Positions 30,718 to 41,663 of a stretch of DNA of 64,000 nt are shown here, one piece after another. Where the stretch lies: sequence record DRR378314_956; one strand, given 5' to 3'. The notes beneath the pieces are model-generated. The model had not been told where the DNA came from and made no database searches. It saw nothing but the letters and a program-made list of their open reading frames with translations. Positions within the stretch are counted from its first letter, which is position 1. Each line of letters begins with the position of its first letter. Position numbers and translations under genes: made by a program.

Positions 30718-32721
30718 ATGGAAGCGGGAGGTAACCCTGTGAGCAGGAGCAGGTCGGCAAAGCGTGGGGACAGTAATTTCTTGATTAGGGCGTTCCTTAA
30801 TCTTCCCAGATTTCAAAAGCGGGTCGTGTCCGTTCTGTCAGACGCGTTCTTTCTGTTTTTTGCCATATGGGCTGCTTTCGCCTTGCGTCTGGAACAGCAT
30901 CTTTGGTTGCCTACCCGAGAACAACTCACGATTGCAGCCATTACAGTGGTGTTTACCATCGGTGTTTTCGTTCGCCTAGGGTTGTATAGGGCGGTGATCC
31001 GGTATCTTGGTGACCGGGCGTTTCTCACCATCATCTATGGGGTAATAGCCTCGAGCGTAACGCTGATTACCTTAGGCTACTTGTTGCAGGTGTTTGTGCC
31101 TCGTTCAGTGCCCATTATTTATGGCGCACTTGCTTTCCTGTTTGTCAGCGGCACCCGCCTGGGCGTGCGGATGATCGTGAACCATCCCAAGCAGATGGCG
31201 AAAGAAGCGGTTGCCATCGTGGGTGCGGGCGAAACAGGCATGCAACTGGCATCGGCTCTGGAGCAGGGCACCGAGTACCGGCCAGTCGTTTTCGTGTCAT
31301 TTGACCGCGCCAACCACAAGTCGATGATCAATGGCTTGCCTGTCGTCAGCATTAACCACATTGCCAAGCATATGCCGAAGCATCGAGTGCAGCGAATATT
31401 GCTGGCACTGGACGAGCATTCTCAGGTAGACCGCAAGAAGCTGCTGAAGCAACTGGAGCCATTGTCGATTCCTGTTCAGACGGTTCCCTCCATGTCTGAG
31501 CTGGTGGCTGGCCAGGCGCGGATTAACGATATCCGGGATCTGGAGATTGAGGACCTGTTGGGGCGGGACCCGGTTCGACCGGATTCCGCCGTTGTTGCCA
31601 AGAGTCTGTATCAAAAGTCCGTGATGGTCACTGGCGCGGGCGGTTCGATTGGCTCAGAGCTGTGCCGCCAGATTATTCGTCACCGTCCGCGCGCGTTGGT
31701 GCTGTTCGAGCAGTCCGAGTTTTCTCTGTACGCCATTGAGCGTGAGCTGAGTTCCATCAATCGGGTGGAGGGGCTGGGGGTAGAGTTGCATCCCTTACTT
31801 GGTAACGTGGGCCATCGGCGCCGCTGTGAGTCTGCCATGAGGGCGTTTGGTGTGCAGACGTTATACCACGCAGCCGCCTATAAGCACGTACCCTTGGTTG
31901 AACACAACGTGATAGAAGGCGTGCAGAATAACGTGTTTGGCACCTGGCACACGGCTGAAGCCGCTATCGCAGCCGGTGTTGAGCGTTTTGTGCTGATTTC
32001 TACGGACAAGGCGGTTCGCCCCACCAATGTGATGGGGGCCAGCAAGCGGCTGGCGGAGCTGGTGCTGCAGGCGTTGGCACAGCGGCAGAAAAAGACGGTG
32101 TTCTCCATGGTGCGTTTCGGCAACGTACTTGGCTCTTCCGGTTCTGTGGTGCCGTTGTTCCGGGATCAGATTCGTGACGGCGGTCCGGTTACCGTTACCC
32201 ACCCGGACATTATCCGGTACTTCATGACCATTCCTGAAGCCAGCCAACTGGTTCTCCAGGCCGGCAGTATTGGCCTGGGTGGCGAGGTGTTTGTGCTGGA
32301 TATGGGAGAGCCCGTGAAGATTGCGGACCTGGCCCGCAAGATGATTCATCTGATGGGGCTGGAAGAGAAAACGGAAAGCCATCCCGCAGGTGATATTGAG
32401 GTGACCTTTAGCGGCCTTCGCCCGGGGGAAAAGTTGTATGAAGAACTGTTGATTGGTGACGACCCGCAGGGCACGTCACACCCCCGCATTATGATGGCCA
32501 GGGAAGTGTACCTGCCCTGGGAACAGGTAGAGGACTTCCTCAGTCAGTTGCAGCGGGCCAGTCAGGCCTTCGATTGCGGTGCGATTATCGAAGTGCTGAA
32601 GAACGCCAAAACGGGGTATGCCCCCAATGGCAATCTGGAAGACCTGGTTTGGTGTAACGGGCAGTCCGATGCGGGGGCCGCAGATCGCCAGGGCGATAAA
32701 GTGCACCGGTTATCGGTGTAG
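30718..32721 (+). CDS. wbpM: Membrane-bound UDP-GlcNAc 4,6-dehydratase (WbpM/PglF/CapD)
   Basis: N-terminal TMs, TGAGGSIGSEL, AAYKHVP, STDKAV.PTNVMGASK and GLRPGEKLYEEL. Confidence 0.9.
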   Translation: MEAGGNPVSRSRSAKRGDSNFLIRAFLNLPRFQKRVVSVLSDAFFLFFAIWAAFALRLEQHLWLPTREQLTIAAITVVFTIGVFVRLGLYRAVIRYLGDRAFLTIIYGVIASSVTLITLGYLLQVFVPRSVPIIYGALAFLFVSGTRLGVRMIVNHPKQMAKEAVAIVGAGETGMQLASALEQGTEYRPVVFVSFDRANHKSMINGLPVVSINHIAKHMPKHRVQRILLALDEHSQVDRKKLLKQLEPLSIPVQTVPSMSELVAGQARINDIRDLEIEDLLGRDPVRPDSAVVAKSLYQKSVMVTGAGGSIGSELCRQIIRHRPRALVLFEQSEFSLYAIERELSSINRVEGLGVELHPLLGNVGHRRRCESAMRAFGVQTLYHAAAYKHVPLVEHNVIEGVQNNVFGTWHTAEAAIAAGVERFVLISTDKAVRPTNVMGASKRLAELVLQALAQRQKKTVFSMVRFGNVLGSSGSVVPLFRDQIRDGGPVTVTHPDIIRYFMTIPEASQLVLQAGSIGLGGEVFVLDMGEPVKIADLARKMIHLMGLEEKTESHPAGDIEVTFSGLRPGEKLYEELLIGDDPQGTSHPRIMMAREVYLPWEQVEDFLSQLQRASQAFDCGAIIEVLKNAKTGYAPNGNLEDLVWCNGQSDAGAADRQGDKVHRLSV

Positions 32722-32756
32722 GAAAAAACAAGTTTTAAGAGCAAGGTTGCTGTTTC

Positions 32757-33377
32757 ATGTCTGAAAATATCGTCTGGCATCACCAGAAAGTTACCCGATC
32801 AGATCGGGCCTCCATCAAGAACCAGAGCCCGTGCCTGCTGTGGTTCACCGGCCTGAGCGGTTCTGGCAAGTCGACCATTGCCAATGCGCTGGATGTCGCC
32901 TTGTACGAGCGCGGTTACCACACCTTCCTTCTGGACGGCGACAATGTCCGCCATGGCCTGAATAGGGATTTGGGCTTTTCTGATGAGGACCGGGTTGAGA
33001 ACATTCGTCGTATTGGCGAGGTGAGCAAGCTGTTTACCGATTCGGGCGTGATTGTTCTCAGTGCGTTTATCTCACCCTTCACCAGTGATAGGCGCTTGGT
33101 GCGTAACCTGTTCCCGGCGGGTGAGTTCATTGAGGTGTTCATGGATACCCCGCTTCAGACGTGTGAAGAGCGGGACCCAAAGGGTCTTTATGAAAAGGCC
33201 AGGGCGGGCAAAATCAAACACTTTACGGGTATCGATTCCCCCTATGAGGCGCCCGAGCGCCCGGAAGTGCGCCTGGATACGTCGCAGATGTCGGTGGATG
33301 ATTGTGTGAACCGCTTGATCAGCTACCTGCTGGACCGGCAATTGATCTTTACGTCACCACAAGCCACCGGAGCGTAA
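32757..33377 (+). CDS. cysC: Adenylyl-sulfate (APS) kinase
   Basis: [29 protein letters not shown] and FTGIDSPYE. Confidence 0.95.
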   Translation: MSENIVWHHQKVTRSDRASIKNQSPCLLWFTGLSGSGKSTIANALDVALYERGYHTFLLDGDNVRHGLNRDLGFSDEDRVENIRRIGEVSKLFTDSGVIVLSAFISPFTSDRRLVRNLFPAGEFIEVFMDTPLQTCEERDPKGLYEKARAGKIKHFTGIDSPYEAPERPEVRLDTSQMSVDDCVNRLISYLLDRQLIFTSPQATGA

Positions 33378-33383
33378 GCGCCT

Positions 33384-35153
33384 ATGGCGTGGGAAGCCAT
33401 TGTCACCCTGCTTACCTTGTTCTCGGTTCTGGCAGCATTGGTGGTTACACGAGTGTCTGCCGATCTGGTGCTGATGGCGGCCCTGGCGTTCCTGTTGATT
33501 ACCGGCATTTTGGGGCCGGCAGATGCGTTGTCAGGGTTTGCAAACCCGGGTGTGATTACCATCGCGACGCTTTATGTGGTGGCTGCCGGCCTCAAAGAAA
33601 CGGGCGCCGTGCAGTGGATTGCCCGTTTGCTACTCGGGCATCCGAAGACCGAAAAAGGCGCGCAACTGCGGATGCTGGCGCCGACCGGTATCCTCAGTGG
33701 TTTTATGAATAATACGGCCGTTGTTGCCATGTTCATCCCCGCCATCCAGGACTGGGCCCAACGCCTGGGTATTCCTTCCTCCCGCCTTCTCTTACCCTTG
33801 AGCTACGCCGCCATTCTGGGCGGTACCTGCACGTTGATTGGCACCAGTACCAACCTGGTGGTGGACGGTATGCTGCAGGCGCGCCTGGGGATTCATCTGG
33901 GGTTATTTGAGTTGGCCTGGGTGGGGGTACCGCTGTTGTTGGTGGGCGGTTGCTATCTGGTGTTGGTGGCCTCCCGGATACTGCCCGACCGTGGCGGCAT
34001 GCGAGAAGAGCTGGAGCAGGTTCGGGAATACGGCGTAGAAGTGGAAGTGGACGCGGAAGGCCCATTGGTGGGCAAAACCGTGGCCCAGGCGGGTCTACGG
34101 GCGCTCAATTATGGTTACCTGACGGAGATTGACCGGGGTGGCCGGCTGATTACGGCAGTAGAGCCGGATCGGATGCTGCAGCCGGGGGATAAGTTGTATT
34201 TTGTGGGCGCGCCGGAATGCGCCAGCGAGCTGCGGCGGATTCAAGGCCTGAAACCCGCCCATGCCAGTATCCAGAAGCTGGACCTGGCGAATCATCAGCG
34301 CTGCCTGGTGGAAGTGGTACTGGGCCAGGAGTTCACGGCTCTGGGGAAGACCGTGCGGGAAAGCCGTTTCCGTACTCGCTTTAACGCCGCGATTCTCTCC
34401 ATTTCCCGCGAGGGCAACCGGGTGCCGGGCAAGCTGGGCGACATCACCTTTCGGATGGGCGACACCCTGTTGTTGGAAGCGAGCCACCAGTTTGTGGAGC
34501 AGTACCGCTTTCGCCGGGACTTTCTGTTGGTCAGCGCCCTGAACGATTCCACACCGCCGGATTTTCACCGGGCGCCACGTGCCCTCGGCATTCTTTTGTT
34601 GATGGTGTTGGCCAGTGCCTCGGGCCTGTTGCAGATTATTGAAGCGGCGTTTCTGGCGGCCGGTGCGATGATTGTGAGCGGCTGTATCACGGCCAGCCGT
34701 GCCCGCCGCAGTGTGGATTTACCGGTGCTGGTGGTGATTGCGGCCTCCTTTGCGCTGGGCAATGCCATGACGGAAACCGGCGGTGCTGAATGGGTGGCCA
34801 CCAGCCTCCTGGGCCTGTTCGGCCCGCTGACGCCCTGGCTGGCGCTGGCGTTGGTGTATATCCTCACCGCAGCCTTTACCGAAGTCATCACCAACAACGC
34901 AGCAGCAGTGCTTATGTTTCCCATTGCGTTGGCGGTGTCCGAACAATTGGGCGTGCATTTCCTGCCGTTTGCCGTGGCCGTGATGTTTGCGGCTTCCGCG
35001 TCGTTTATTACGCCGCTGGGGTACCAGACCAATCTGATGGTCTACGGCCCTGGTCGCTACCAGTTCATGGATTATGTGCGTTTGGGCTTTCCATTGAGCC
35101 TGCTTGTGGGCTCGACCGCCATCGGTTTGATCCCATTGGTCTGGGGGTTTTAA
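33384..35153 (+). CDS. SLC13/DASS permease with TrkA_C domains (putative sulfate transporter)
   Basis: MNNT, LGGTCTLIGTSTNL, TNNA and TPLGYQTN; soluble central repeats; adjacent to cysC. Confidence 0.8.
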   Translation: MAWEAIVTLLTLFSVLAALVVTRVSADLVLMAALAFLLITGILGPADALSGFANPGVITIATLYVVAAGLKETGAVQWIARLLLGHPKTEKGAQLRMLAPTGILSGFMNNTAVVAMFIPAIQDWAQRLGIPSSRLLLPLSYAAILGGTCTLIGTSTNLVVDGMLQARLGIHLGLFELAWVGVPLLLVGGCYLVLVASRILPDRGGMREELEQVREYGVEVEVDAEGPLVGKTVAQAGLRALNYGYLTEIDRGGRLITAVEPDRMLQPGDKLYFVGAPECASELRRIQGLKPAHASIQKLDLANHQRCLVEVVLGQEFTALGKTVRESRFRTRFNAAILSISREGNRVPGKLGDITFRMGDTLLLEASHQFVEQYRFRRDFLLVSALNDSTPPDFHRAPRALGILLLMVLASASGLLQIIEAAFLAAGAMIVSGCITASRARRSVDLPVLVVIAASFALGNAMTETGGAEWVATSLLGLFGPLTPWLALALVYILTAAFTEVITNNAAAVLMFPIALAVSEQLGVHFLPFAVAVMFAASASFITPLGYQTNLMVYGPGRYQFMDYVRLGFPLSLLVGSTAIGLIPLVWGF

Positions 35154-35179
35154 GCGGGTTTTGAACAACAAGGACGTGT

Positions 35180-36580
35180 TTGATGATCGATATAAAGCAC
35201 CACGGAGCGGTGACAGGCGTAACCGGTTCCTGCCACGAGCTGCTGGTTGGCGGCTCTGGCATTCTGATTGATTGCGGCCTGTTCCAGGGCGAGGAGGCCA
35301 GTAACGGCGCGAGTGCGTCGAGCCTCTCCATTGATTTTCCTATGGACCACCTCCGTGCTCTGGTGGTCACTCATGTACACATCGACCATGTCGGTCGCAT
35401 TCCCTATCTTCTTGCCGCCGGGTTCGAGGGGCCGATCATCTGTTCGGAGCCATCAGCGATTATGCTCCCGGAGATTCTTGAGGATGCCCTGAAGATTGGT
35501 TTCACGCGGGACCGTGCCCTGATTGAACGGGTGCTGGGGCTGATTCGGTCCCGGCTTGTGCCGCTGCCCTACGGACAATGGCACTCGGTGTTCGATGGCA
35601 AGGGTGAGTCGCTTTCGGTGCGGTTGCAGAGGGCGGGGCACATTCTGGGTTCGGCTTACGTGGAGTGTGAGGCGGAGAGCGATGGCGAGTTTGAGCGGAT
35701 TGTGTTCAGTGGTGACCTGGGAGCGCCCCATGCGCCGTTGTTGCCGGAACCTCGGCCACCCGAGCGGGCGGACCGCGTGGTGATTGAAAGCACCTACGGC
35801 GACAAGGACCACGAGAGCCGGGAAGAGCGGCGTTATCGCCTCAAGGCGGTGCTGGAGCATGCTCTTGAGGATGGCGGGACGGTATTGGTGCCTGCGTTCA
35901 GCATTGGGCGTACGCAGGAGCTGCTGTACGAAATTGAAAGCCTGATCCATGAGTTCGGCAGTGATGACGTCGCGCCGGATTTGCCATGGCGGGATCTCGA
36001 GATTGTTGTGGATTCGCCGCTGGCCGCCACTTTCACCCGTATCTACCGTGACCTTAAGCCCTTCTGGGACGCTGAAGCCACCGAGTTGGTTAACCAGGGT
36101 AGGCACCCGCTGTCGTTCGAACAACTCACGCTGATCAACAGCCATGAAGACCACCTCAATGCAGTGGATTATCTGGCAACGTCACACCGCCCCTGCGTGG
36201 TGTTGGCCGGTTCCGGTATGTGTGCCGGGGGCAGGGTGGTGAACTACCTCAAGGCCATGCTGGCGGATGAACGCAACGATGTGTTGTTCGTGGGCTATCA
36301 GGCTAAGGGCACGCCGGGCAGGGATATTCTCACCTATGGGCCTCGTGGTGGCTGGGTGGAGTTTGACGGTAAGCGTTACGATATTCGCGCCCGGGTTCAT
36401 CAAGTGGGTGGTTACTCCGCCCACGCAGGGCAATCGGATCTGGTGCGGTTTGTAAGGGGTATCGAGTCACCGCCAACTGAAATCCGGATTGTACACGGGG
36501 ATGCGCAAGCCAAAGAATCGTTGAAAAGCCAATTTCATTCCGCCGGACTAACGGGGATAATGATCCCGGGTTTGGCGTAA
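35180..36580 (+). CDS. Second MBL-fold beta-CASP metallo-hydrolase
   Basis: GVTGSCH, THVHIDH, GHILGS, ESTYG, GSGM, YSAHA and VHG. Confidence 0.9.
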   Translation: MMIDIKHHGAVTGVTGSCHELLVGGSGILIDCGLFQGEEASNGASASSLSIDFPMDHLRALVVTHVHIDHVGRIPYLLAAGFEGPIICSEPSAIMLPEILEDALKIGFTRDRALIERVLGLIRSRLVPLPYGQWHSVFDGKGESLSVRLQRAGHILGSAYVECEAESDGEFERIVFSGDLGAPHAPLLPEPRPPERADRVVIESTYGDKDHESREERRYRLKAVLEHALEDGGTVLVPAFSIGRTQELLYEIESLIHEFGSDDVAPDLPWRDLEIVVDSPLAATFTRIYRDLKPFWDAEATELVNQGRHPLSFEQLTLINSHEDHLNAVDYLATSHRPCVVLAGSGMCAGGRVVNYLKAMLADERNDVLFVGYQAKGTPGRDILTYGPRGGWVEFDGKRYDIRARVHQVGGYSAHAGQSDLVRFVRGIESPPTEIRIVHGDAQAKESLKSQFHSAGLTGIMIPGLA

Positions 36581-36614
36581 ACCAGTTATTTGTTATTAAA
36601 GGATTGTTGGAATC

Positions 36615-37877
36615 ATGAAAAAGATCGCCGTCGTCGGCCTGGGATATGTCGGTTTGCCTTTGGCCGCAGCATTTGGGGAAAAGCGGGAAGTTGTCGGTTT
36701 TGACATCAATGTGAAGCGAATCGCGGAACTAAAGGATGGCGTGGATTTCACGCGTGAGGTTTCTCGCGACGAGCTGGCCGCGTCGAAAGGGTTGTCGTTC
36801 GCGGATTCCCTGGACGGCATCCGCGATTGCCAGGTTTTCATTGTAACGGTACCCACGCCAATCGATGAGTTCAAATCTCCGGATTTAACGCCTCTGATTA
36901 AAGCCAGTGAGAGCGTCGGGAGCGTACTTAAACGCGGCGATATTGTGATTTATGAGTCAACGGTTTACCCGGGTGCGACGGAAGAAGTCTGTGTTCCCAT
37001 TCTGGAAAAGGTATCTGGGCTTGTTTTCAATCAGGACTTCCATGCCGGTTACAGCCCGGAGCGGATTAACCCCGGCGATAAAGAACACCGTGTTACGACC
37101 ATAAAAAAGGTGACCTCGGGTTCCACGCCGGCCATCGCTGATGAAGTGGACGCGCTTTATGCAGGCATTATTACCGCCGGCACTCATAAAGCCAGTTCCA
37201 TTAAGGTGGCCGAAGCGGCCAAGGTCATCGAGAACACCCAGCGCGATTTGAACATTGCGTTGATGAATGAGTTATCCATGATTTTTTCCAAGCTTAAAAT
37301 TGATACTCACGAGGTGATCGCTGCCGCATCGACCAAGTGGAATTTCCTCCCGTTCAAACCGGGACTGGTTGGCGGGCACTGTATTGGTGTGGATCCCTAC
37401 TACCTGACTCACAAGGCCCAGGCCATTGGCTATCATCCGGAGATTATCCTGTCTGGCCGCCGAGTGAACGACAACATGGGCCCGTATGCCGCGTCTGAAT
37501 TGGTGAAGGCCATGATCAAGGCCGGGCATACGGTTGCCAATGCTCGTGTGTTGATCATGGGCTTTACCTTTAAAGAGAACTGCCCCGATTTACGTAATAC
37601 CCGCGTTATTGATGTGGTTAAAGAATTGTCTGAATTTGGGTGCAAGGTGGATGTAACGGATTGCTGGGCCGATAATGCGGAGGCTGAGCATGAATATGGA
37701 ATTACATTGACCCAGAACCCGGAGAAGGCCCAGTACGATGCGGTACTTCTGGCGGTTCCGCACCGTGAATATGTCGGACGTTCTTCCCAGGATTTGCGCG
37801 AATACATGAAAGGCAATGGGGTGCTGTTTGACCTGAAAGGTGTATTACCGTTGGGCGAGGCCGATTTGCGATTGTAA
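36615..37877 (+). CDS. tviB: UDP-N-acetylhexosamine 6-dehydrogenase (TviB/WbpO-like)
   Basis: [34 protein letters not shown] and FKENCPD.RN. Confidence 0.85.
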   Translation: MKKIAVVGLGYVGLPLAAAFGEKREVVGFDINVKRIAELKDGVDFTREVSRDELAASKGLSFADSLDGIRDCQVFIVTVPTPIDEFKSPDLTPLIKASESVGSVLKRGDIVIYESTVYPGATEEVCVPILEKVSGLVFNQDFHAGYSPERINPGDKEHRVTTIKKVTSGSTPAIADEVDALYAGIITAGTHKASSIKVAEAAKVIENTQRDLNIALMNELSMIFSKLKIDTHEVIAAASTKWNFLPFKPGLVGGHCIGVDPYYLTHKAQAIGYHPEIILSGRRVNDNMGPYAASELVKAMIKAGHTVANARVLIMGFTFKENCPDLRNTRVIDVVKELSEFGCKVDVTDCWADNAEAEHEYGITLTQNPEKAQYDAVLLAVPHREYVGRSSQDLREYMKGNGVLFDLKGVLPLGEADLRL

Positions 37878-37896
37878 ATCCCTTGTTCACTTAAAT

Positions 37897-37924
37897 AAAA
37901 ACCAGCCTGTGGGCTGGTTTTTTT
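37897..37924 (+). terminator. Intrinsic terminator ending the polysaccharide locus
   Basis: AAAAACCAGCC-TGTG-GGCTGGTTTTTTT. Confidence 0.85.
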
Positions 37925-38107
37925 ATGGGTTACTTTTTCGTAAATGAATTACTTTGCCACAATCTGTTTTATAGATTACTATTTCTGATGACTTTTGGTC
38001 ATATTCAAGAATTAATCATTCGTAGTCCTGTATTTAGTCGTTACACTCATTACGGGCTTCGAATCTCGGCAAATCAATTGTAGTCATTTAAATAAGGGTT
38101 TGTATCC

Positions 38108-38476
38108 ATGGCAAAGATTAACGATTACTACCAGAAAAAACAGCTTATGGAAAAGCTCTCTGAAGAACTGGCGAAACTGGAGCAGGATCAGGCGCTGAAG
38201 AGCGAGCTCGAGTTTGAAAACAAGGTTCGCGACCTGATGAAGAAATATGACAAGTCGCCGAAAGATGTTCTGCAGATTCTGGGAGCCATTGATCCGTCCA
38301 TTTCCGGTACCAAGGCTGACACATCTACCGGCAGCCGCCCCAAGCGCCCGATGAAGACCTACAAGAACCCGAACACCGGTGAAGTGGTCAAGACGCGCGG
38401 TGGGAACCATAAAGTGTTGAATGAGTGGCGCCAGAAGCATGGGAAGGAAACTGTGCAGAGCTGGCAGCAGGACTGA
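38108..38476 (+). CDS. mvaT: MvaT/MvaU-family (H-NS analogue) nucleoid protein
   Basis: N-terminal coiled coil and C-terminal KTYKNPNTGEVVKTRGGNHKVLNEW. Confidence 0.85.
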   Translation: MAKINDYYQKKQLMEKLSEELAKLEQDQALKSELEFENKVRDLMKKYDKSPKDVLQILGAIDPSISGTKADTSTGSRPKRPMKTYKNPNTGEVVKTRGGNHKVLNEWRQKHGKETVQSWQQD

Positions 38477-38484
38477 TTTTATGT

Positions 38485-38511
38485 CCCCCTCTCTTGCCAA
38501 GGGAGAGGGGG
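38485..38511. terminator. Hairpin between convergent mvaT and GGDEF genes
   Basis: CCCCCTCTCTT-GCCAA-GGGAGAGGGGG; no clear U tract. Confidence 0.5.
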
Positions 38512-38513
38512 TA

Positions 38514-39485
38514 TCAAGTTGTTTCTCCATCCCCGAACACCACGACCCGATTTCTCCCTCCTTCCTTAGCGGCATACAACGCTTCGTCTGCCTGCTGCAA
38601 CCACTGCATATGATTCTCAGGCCCGTCGGTTAATGGCGCGACACCAATGCTGACGGTGTACTGTATCGGTGCTGCGGTGGTCTTCACTGTGCTGTTCTGA
38701 ATGGCTTCCCTGATACGTTCGCAAATCACCCTGGCACCGTCTACCTCGGTTTCCGGAAGGATGATGCCGAATTCTTCGCCGCCGTAGCGGCCGGGGCTGT
38801 CAGATTGCCGCAGGTTGTCTTTCATAACCTTGGCGGTGTACTTGATGACTTCATCGCCGGCCAGGTGGCCGTAGGTGTCGTTCACCGCTTTGAAGTGGTC
38901 TATGTCAAACATGACCAGGCAGGTGCTGTGGCCATAGCGGCGATAGCGCCCGTATTCGGCGTCGATCAGGTTTTCCCAGGTGCCGCGGTTGAGCAGGCCA
39001 GTCAGTCGGTCGGTCATGCTCAGCTTGGCCAGTTGTTCGTTGGCGGTTTCCAGGGCCCGTTTGCTGGTGGCGATGTCAGTGACGTCATAAACCATCAGGC
39101 AGATTTTTTCGACTTGACCGTCGGGCCCGGAAAGGGGGCTGATGGTCAGGTTCTGGAACATGAAGTCTTCTGTACCGGTTATCGGACGCGTGTTGCGAAA
39201 GCGGAACAGATAGGGCCGCTGTTCCCACGAGGTAAATGCCCGGGTGTTGAGCATGGCAACCGAGTCTACCTTGCGCGTTAGCCATGCCTTGGGGATGTCC
39301 GGGAACATGTCAAACAGAACCTGCTCGCGAATCTTGCTGGCGGTGATGCCGCTGTGATGTTCCATAAAGCCGTTCCAGGCCTGTACTCGAAAATCCAGGT
39401 CCAGCACGACCAGGCCGACTTCCACCGATTCCAGCATGTCCACCAGCCAGTGGAAGGTACTTGCTTCTATCTCTTGCATGGCCAT
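38514..39485 (-). CDS. PAS-GGDEF diguanylate cyclase
   Basis: PAS-like N-terminus, D.LTGL.NR, DIDHFK..ND, I-site RQSD and GGEEF. Confidence 0.92.
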   Translation of the reverse strand: MAMQEIEASTFHWLVDMLESVEVGLVVLDLDFRVQAWNGFMEHHSGITASKIREQVLFDMFPDIPKAWLTRKVDSVAMLNTRAFTSWEQRPYLFRFRNTRPITGTEDFMFQNLTISPLSGPDGQVEKICLMVYDVTDIATSKRALETANEQLAKLSMTDRLTGLLNRGTWENLIDAEYGRYRRYGHSTCLVMFDIDHFKAVNDTYGHLAGDEVIKYTAKVMKDNLRQSDSPGRYGGEEFGIILPETEVDGARVICERIREAIQNSTVKTTAAPIQYTVSIGVAPLTDGPENHMQWLQQADEALYAAKEGGRNRVVVFGDGETT

Positions 39486-39487
39486 GG

Positions 39488-40516
39488 TTAATCCACCAGG
39501 TACTGTAGTCGTTGTTCTAGGAAGGGCACTGAGTCTTCCGTCAGCAGTACCAGCATGTCGCAGCTGATATCCCGGTCTTCCAGTTCATAACTGATCTCAA
39601 TGCACAGCAGCTTTTCCTGTCGCGTGCTGTGGTGCTCCAGAAGGTCTGCGATCTGTCTGTGCTGGCCCAGGACAGTCGGGTGACCAAGGCCGAGCTTGAG
39701 ATCCAACTGGTCGCCAATGCCCTTGAGGAAGGCGCCAAACAGGATGCTGGACATGTCCATGAGCACTTCCACCTGGATGCTTTCGGTGTCCAGGTCGTCA
39801 TAATGGAGCAGCTCAGCCATGTCGTCGAAGCTGGCGTCGGCAAATAAAAGAAGCGCTTCACCGGCAATACCGGCCCCGGTAAATCCCTGGCACACGGCGG
39901 AATAACTGCTGTCGGCCTGGACGGCCGAGATCGCCATACTGAGCTCTGTGCGGGCAATCATTTCCACCCGGGGAATCGGCTGTTTGACGAACACCCGCAG
40001 CAATCTTGCCAACAGGTCCGATGAGCGGCCCATGGCGACGTTGGCAATTTCCTGGAGGTGGTCGTTCAGGTTAATGGGGGCGTCTGTTGCCGGCGGGTTG
40101 GTCGTGTCGGCGATCGGACGTGGTTCGCGTTCTTCCACCAGATCTTCAGGACGAAGAAAGCCGTAGTCCTGAAGCAGTTTCAAAACCAGGTCAGTGTCCG
40201 TGGGTTTTTTTATGAATTCGATGGCGCCAAGCTTGCGAACCCGGGCCCGTGCTTCGGGTTGAATATCGCCGGAAACGACGATCGTCAACACAGGGAGATC
40301 CTCTTTCTGAATGGCCTCCAGCACCTGATAGCCATCCATCTCCGGCATGTTGAGGTCGAGAAACATCAATTCGCCGGCGCCGGCACGGAGTTTTTCCAGG
40401 GCATTACGGCCATCAAAAGCGAAGGTAACTTCAGCGTTCCAGTTTTTGGGTAAAGCGCGAGCCATTTGTTTTCGGGCCAGGGAGGAGTCGTCGCAGATAA
40501 GAACGCGGATGGTCAT
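39488..40516 (-). CDS. Response regulator receiver fused to a CheC-like domain
   Basis: ICDDS, FLDLNMP and IKKP receiver motifs; CheC-type LQEIANVAMG. Confidence 0.85.
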   Translation of the reverse strand: MTIRVLICDDSSLARKQMARALPKNWNAEVTFAFDGRNALEKLRAGAGELMFLDLNMPEMDGYQVLEAIQKEDLPVLTIVVSGDIQPEARARVRKLGAIEFIKKPTDTDLVLKLLQDYGFLRPEDLVEEREPRPIADTTNPPATDAPINLNDHLQEIANVAMGRSSDLLARLLRVFVKQPIPRVEMIARTELSMAISAVQADSSYSAVCQGFTGAGIAGEALLLFADASFDDMAELLHYDDLDTESIQVEVLMDMSSILFGAFLKGIGDQLDLKLGLGHPTVLGQHRQIADLLEHHSTRQEKLLCIEISYELEDRDISCDMLVLLTEDSVPFLEQRLQYLVD

Positions 40517-40676
40517 GGGGGCTCCGTTTATTATTTAACCCCAGTATAGCAGCGCCTGAAGTGAATTCTATGCCCTGTGAACTATCTCACTCTATTGGCC
40601 AGGTTGCCTGGGATATAGTGTCTCTGCGGTAACAAAAAGGGTTCTTATAAAAACCAGTACCGCCTGCCAACGTGGT

Positions 40677-40690
40677 AACAACAATAATAA
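40677..40690 (+). promoter_or_regulatory. AAN-repeat (Hfq/Crc-type) motif in the likely leader of the DUF6160-like gene
   Basis: AACAACAATAATAA about 65 nt upstream of the ATG. Confidence 0.4.
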
Positions 40691-40753
40691 TCACAGGCAG
40701 TAAGGCCGGGCGTCGGATAGCAAGGCCTAATCAACATTCAGAGACACAACACT

Positions 40754-41614
40754 ATGAGACAGGATGCTTGTTGGTATGCTGTCCCTCTCACCATCTGCCT
40801 GGGTATGTCGCCTGTTGCCCTGGCAGAATTGGAGCCTATTTCCGAGCGGGAAATGAGCCAGGTGCAAGGGCAGGCAATGATGACGGTAGACCATGTGGAT
40901 GGAGTTAACCACCGGTTTACCCGCGTGACATTGGGCGTAGACGCAGAAACCCGGCTGAACGCCGATGGTGTGGTGATGGGTGGGGACGATTCCGGAGCCG
41001 ATCTCGACATCAAGAATTTCGCGCTCGGCCACTATGCCCGTGATGGCGAACGTATCCAGATTGACGGCAATACCTACAAGGTGGACGAGGTGGTTCCGTT
41101 TGAAGGTATTGAGCCCTATCTTGAACTGGCTGAACGAGATGGCCAGCTCTCCGGTTTCCGCTTCGGGCTGAATCAGGCTCGGGGCACGCTGTCCGGCGAG
41201 TTTGCCAGTTTCAGTGGCAACCTCAACCTGAAAATCAACGACGCCGACGGCAACCCGGTGGACGCCATGCTGTTCGACGACGCTGGCGTGGCCACCAATC
41301 ACCGGGCAACCCAGATAGGCCTGGCGGGTGAAGACGGAACCTGCAGTCAATGTGTACCGCTGACCAATCTGCTGTCTATGGATATTGGCGTGGACAATGG
41401 CGATGATACCGTGGGCTTTACGGAAGATCTGTTCCTGGCGTTTCAGCGTGAGTCCGTGGACTGGCAGGACCTGGGCGGTGCTGGTGCTATCCAGGGGCCT
41501 GAAGGCGTGTTCCTGAACCTGCCGACCAGTATGACACTGGACATGCAGACCCTGCAGACAGGCGTTCAGCGGGAGCGCACGCATTACGTGGATCGCGGTA
41601 CCGGGATGTTTTGA
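40754..41614 (+). CDS. Secreted DUF6160-like protein
   Basis: Signal peptide (ALA) followed by ELEPISEREMSQVQGQA; beta-rich. Confidence 0.6.
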   Translation: MRQDACWYAVPLTICLGMSPVALAELEPISEREMSQVQGQAMMTVDHVDGVNHRFTRVTLGVDAETRLNADGVVMGGDDSGADLDIKNFALGHYARDGERIQIDGNTYKVDEVVPFEGIEPYLELAERDGQLSGFRFGLNQARGTLSGEFASFSGNLNLKINDADGNPVDAMLFDDAGVATNHRATQIGLAGEDGTCSQCVPLTNLLSMDIGVDNGDDTVGFTEDLFLAFQRESVDWQDLGGAGAIQGPEGVFLNLPTSMTLDMQTLQTGVQRERTHYVDRGTGMF

Positions 41615-41663
41615 TTACACTACCCTGCATTCGACCGATTCACGTAATGCAGGAGTCTTCTCG

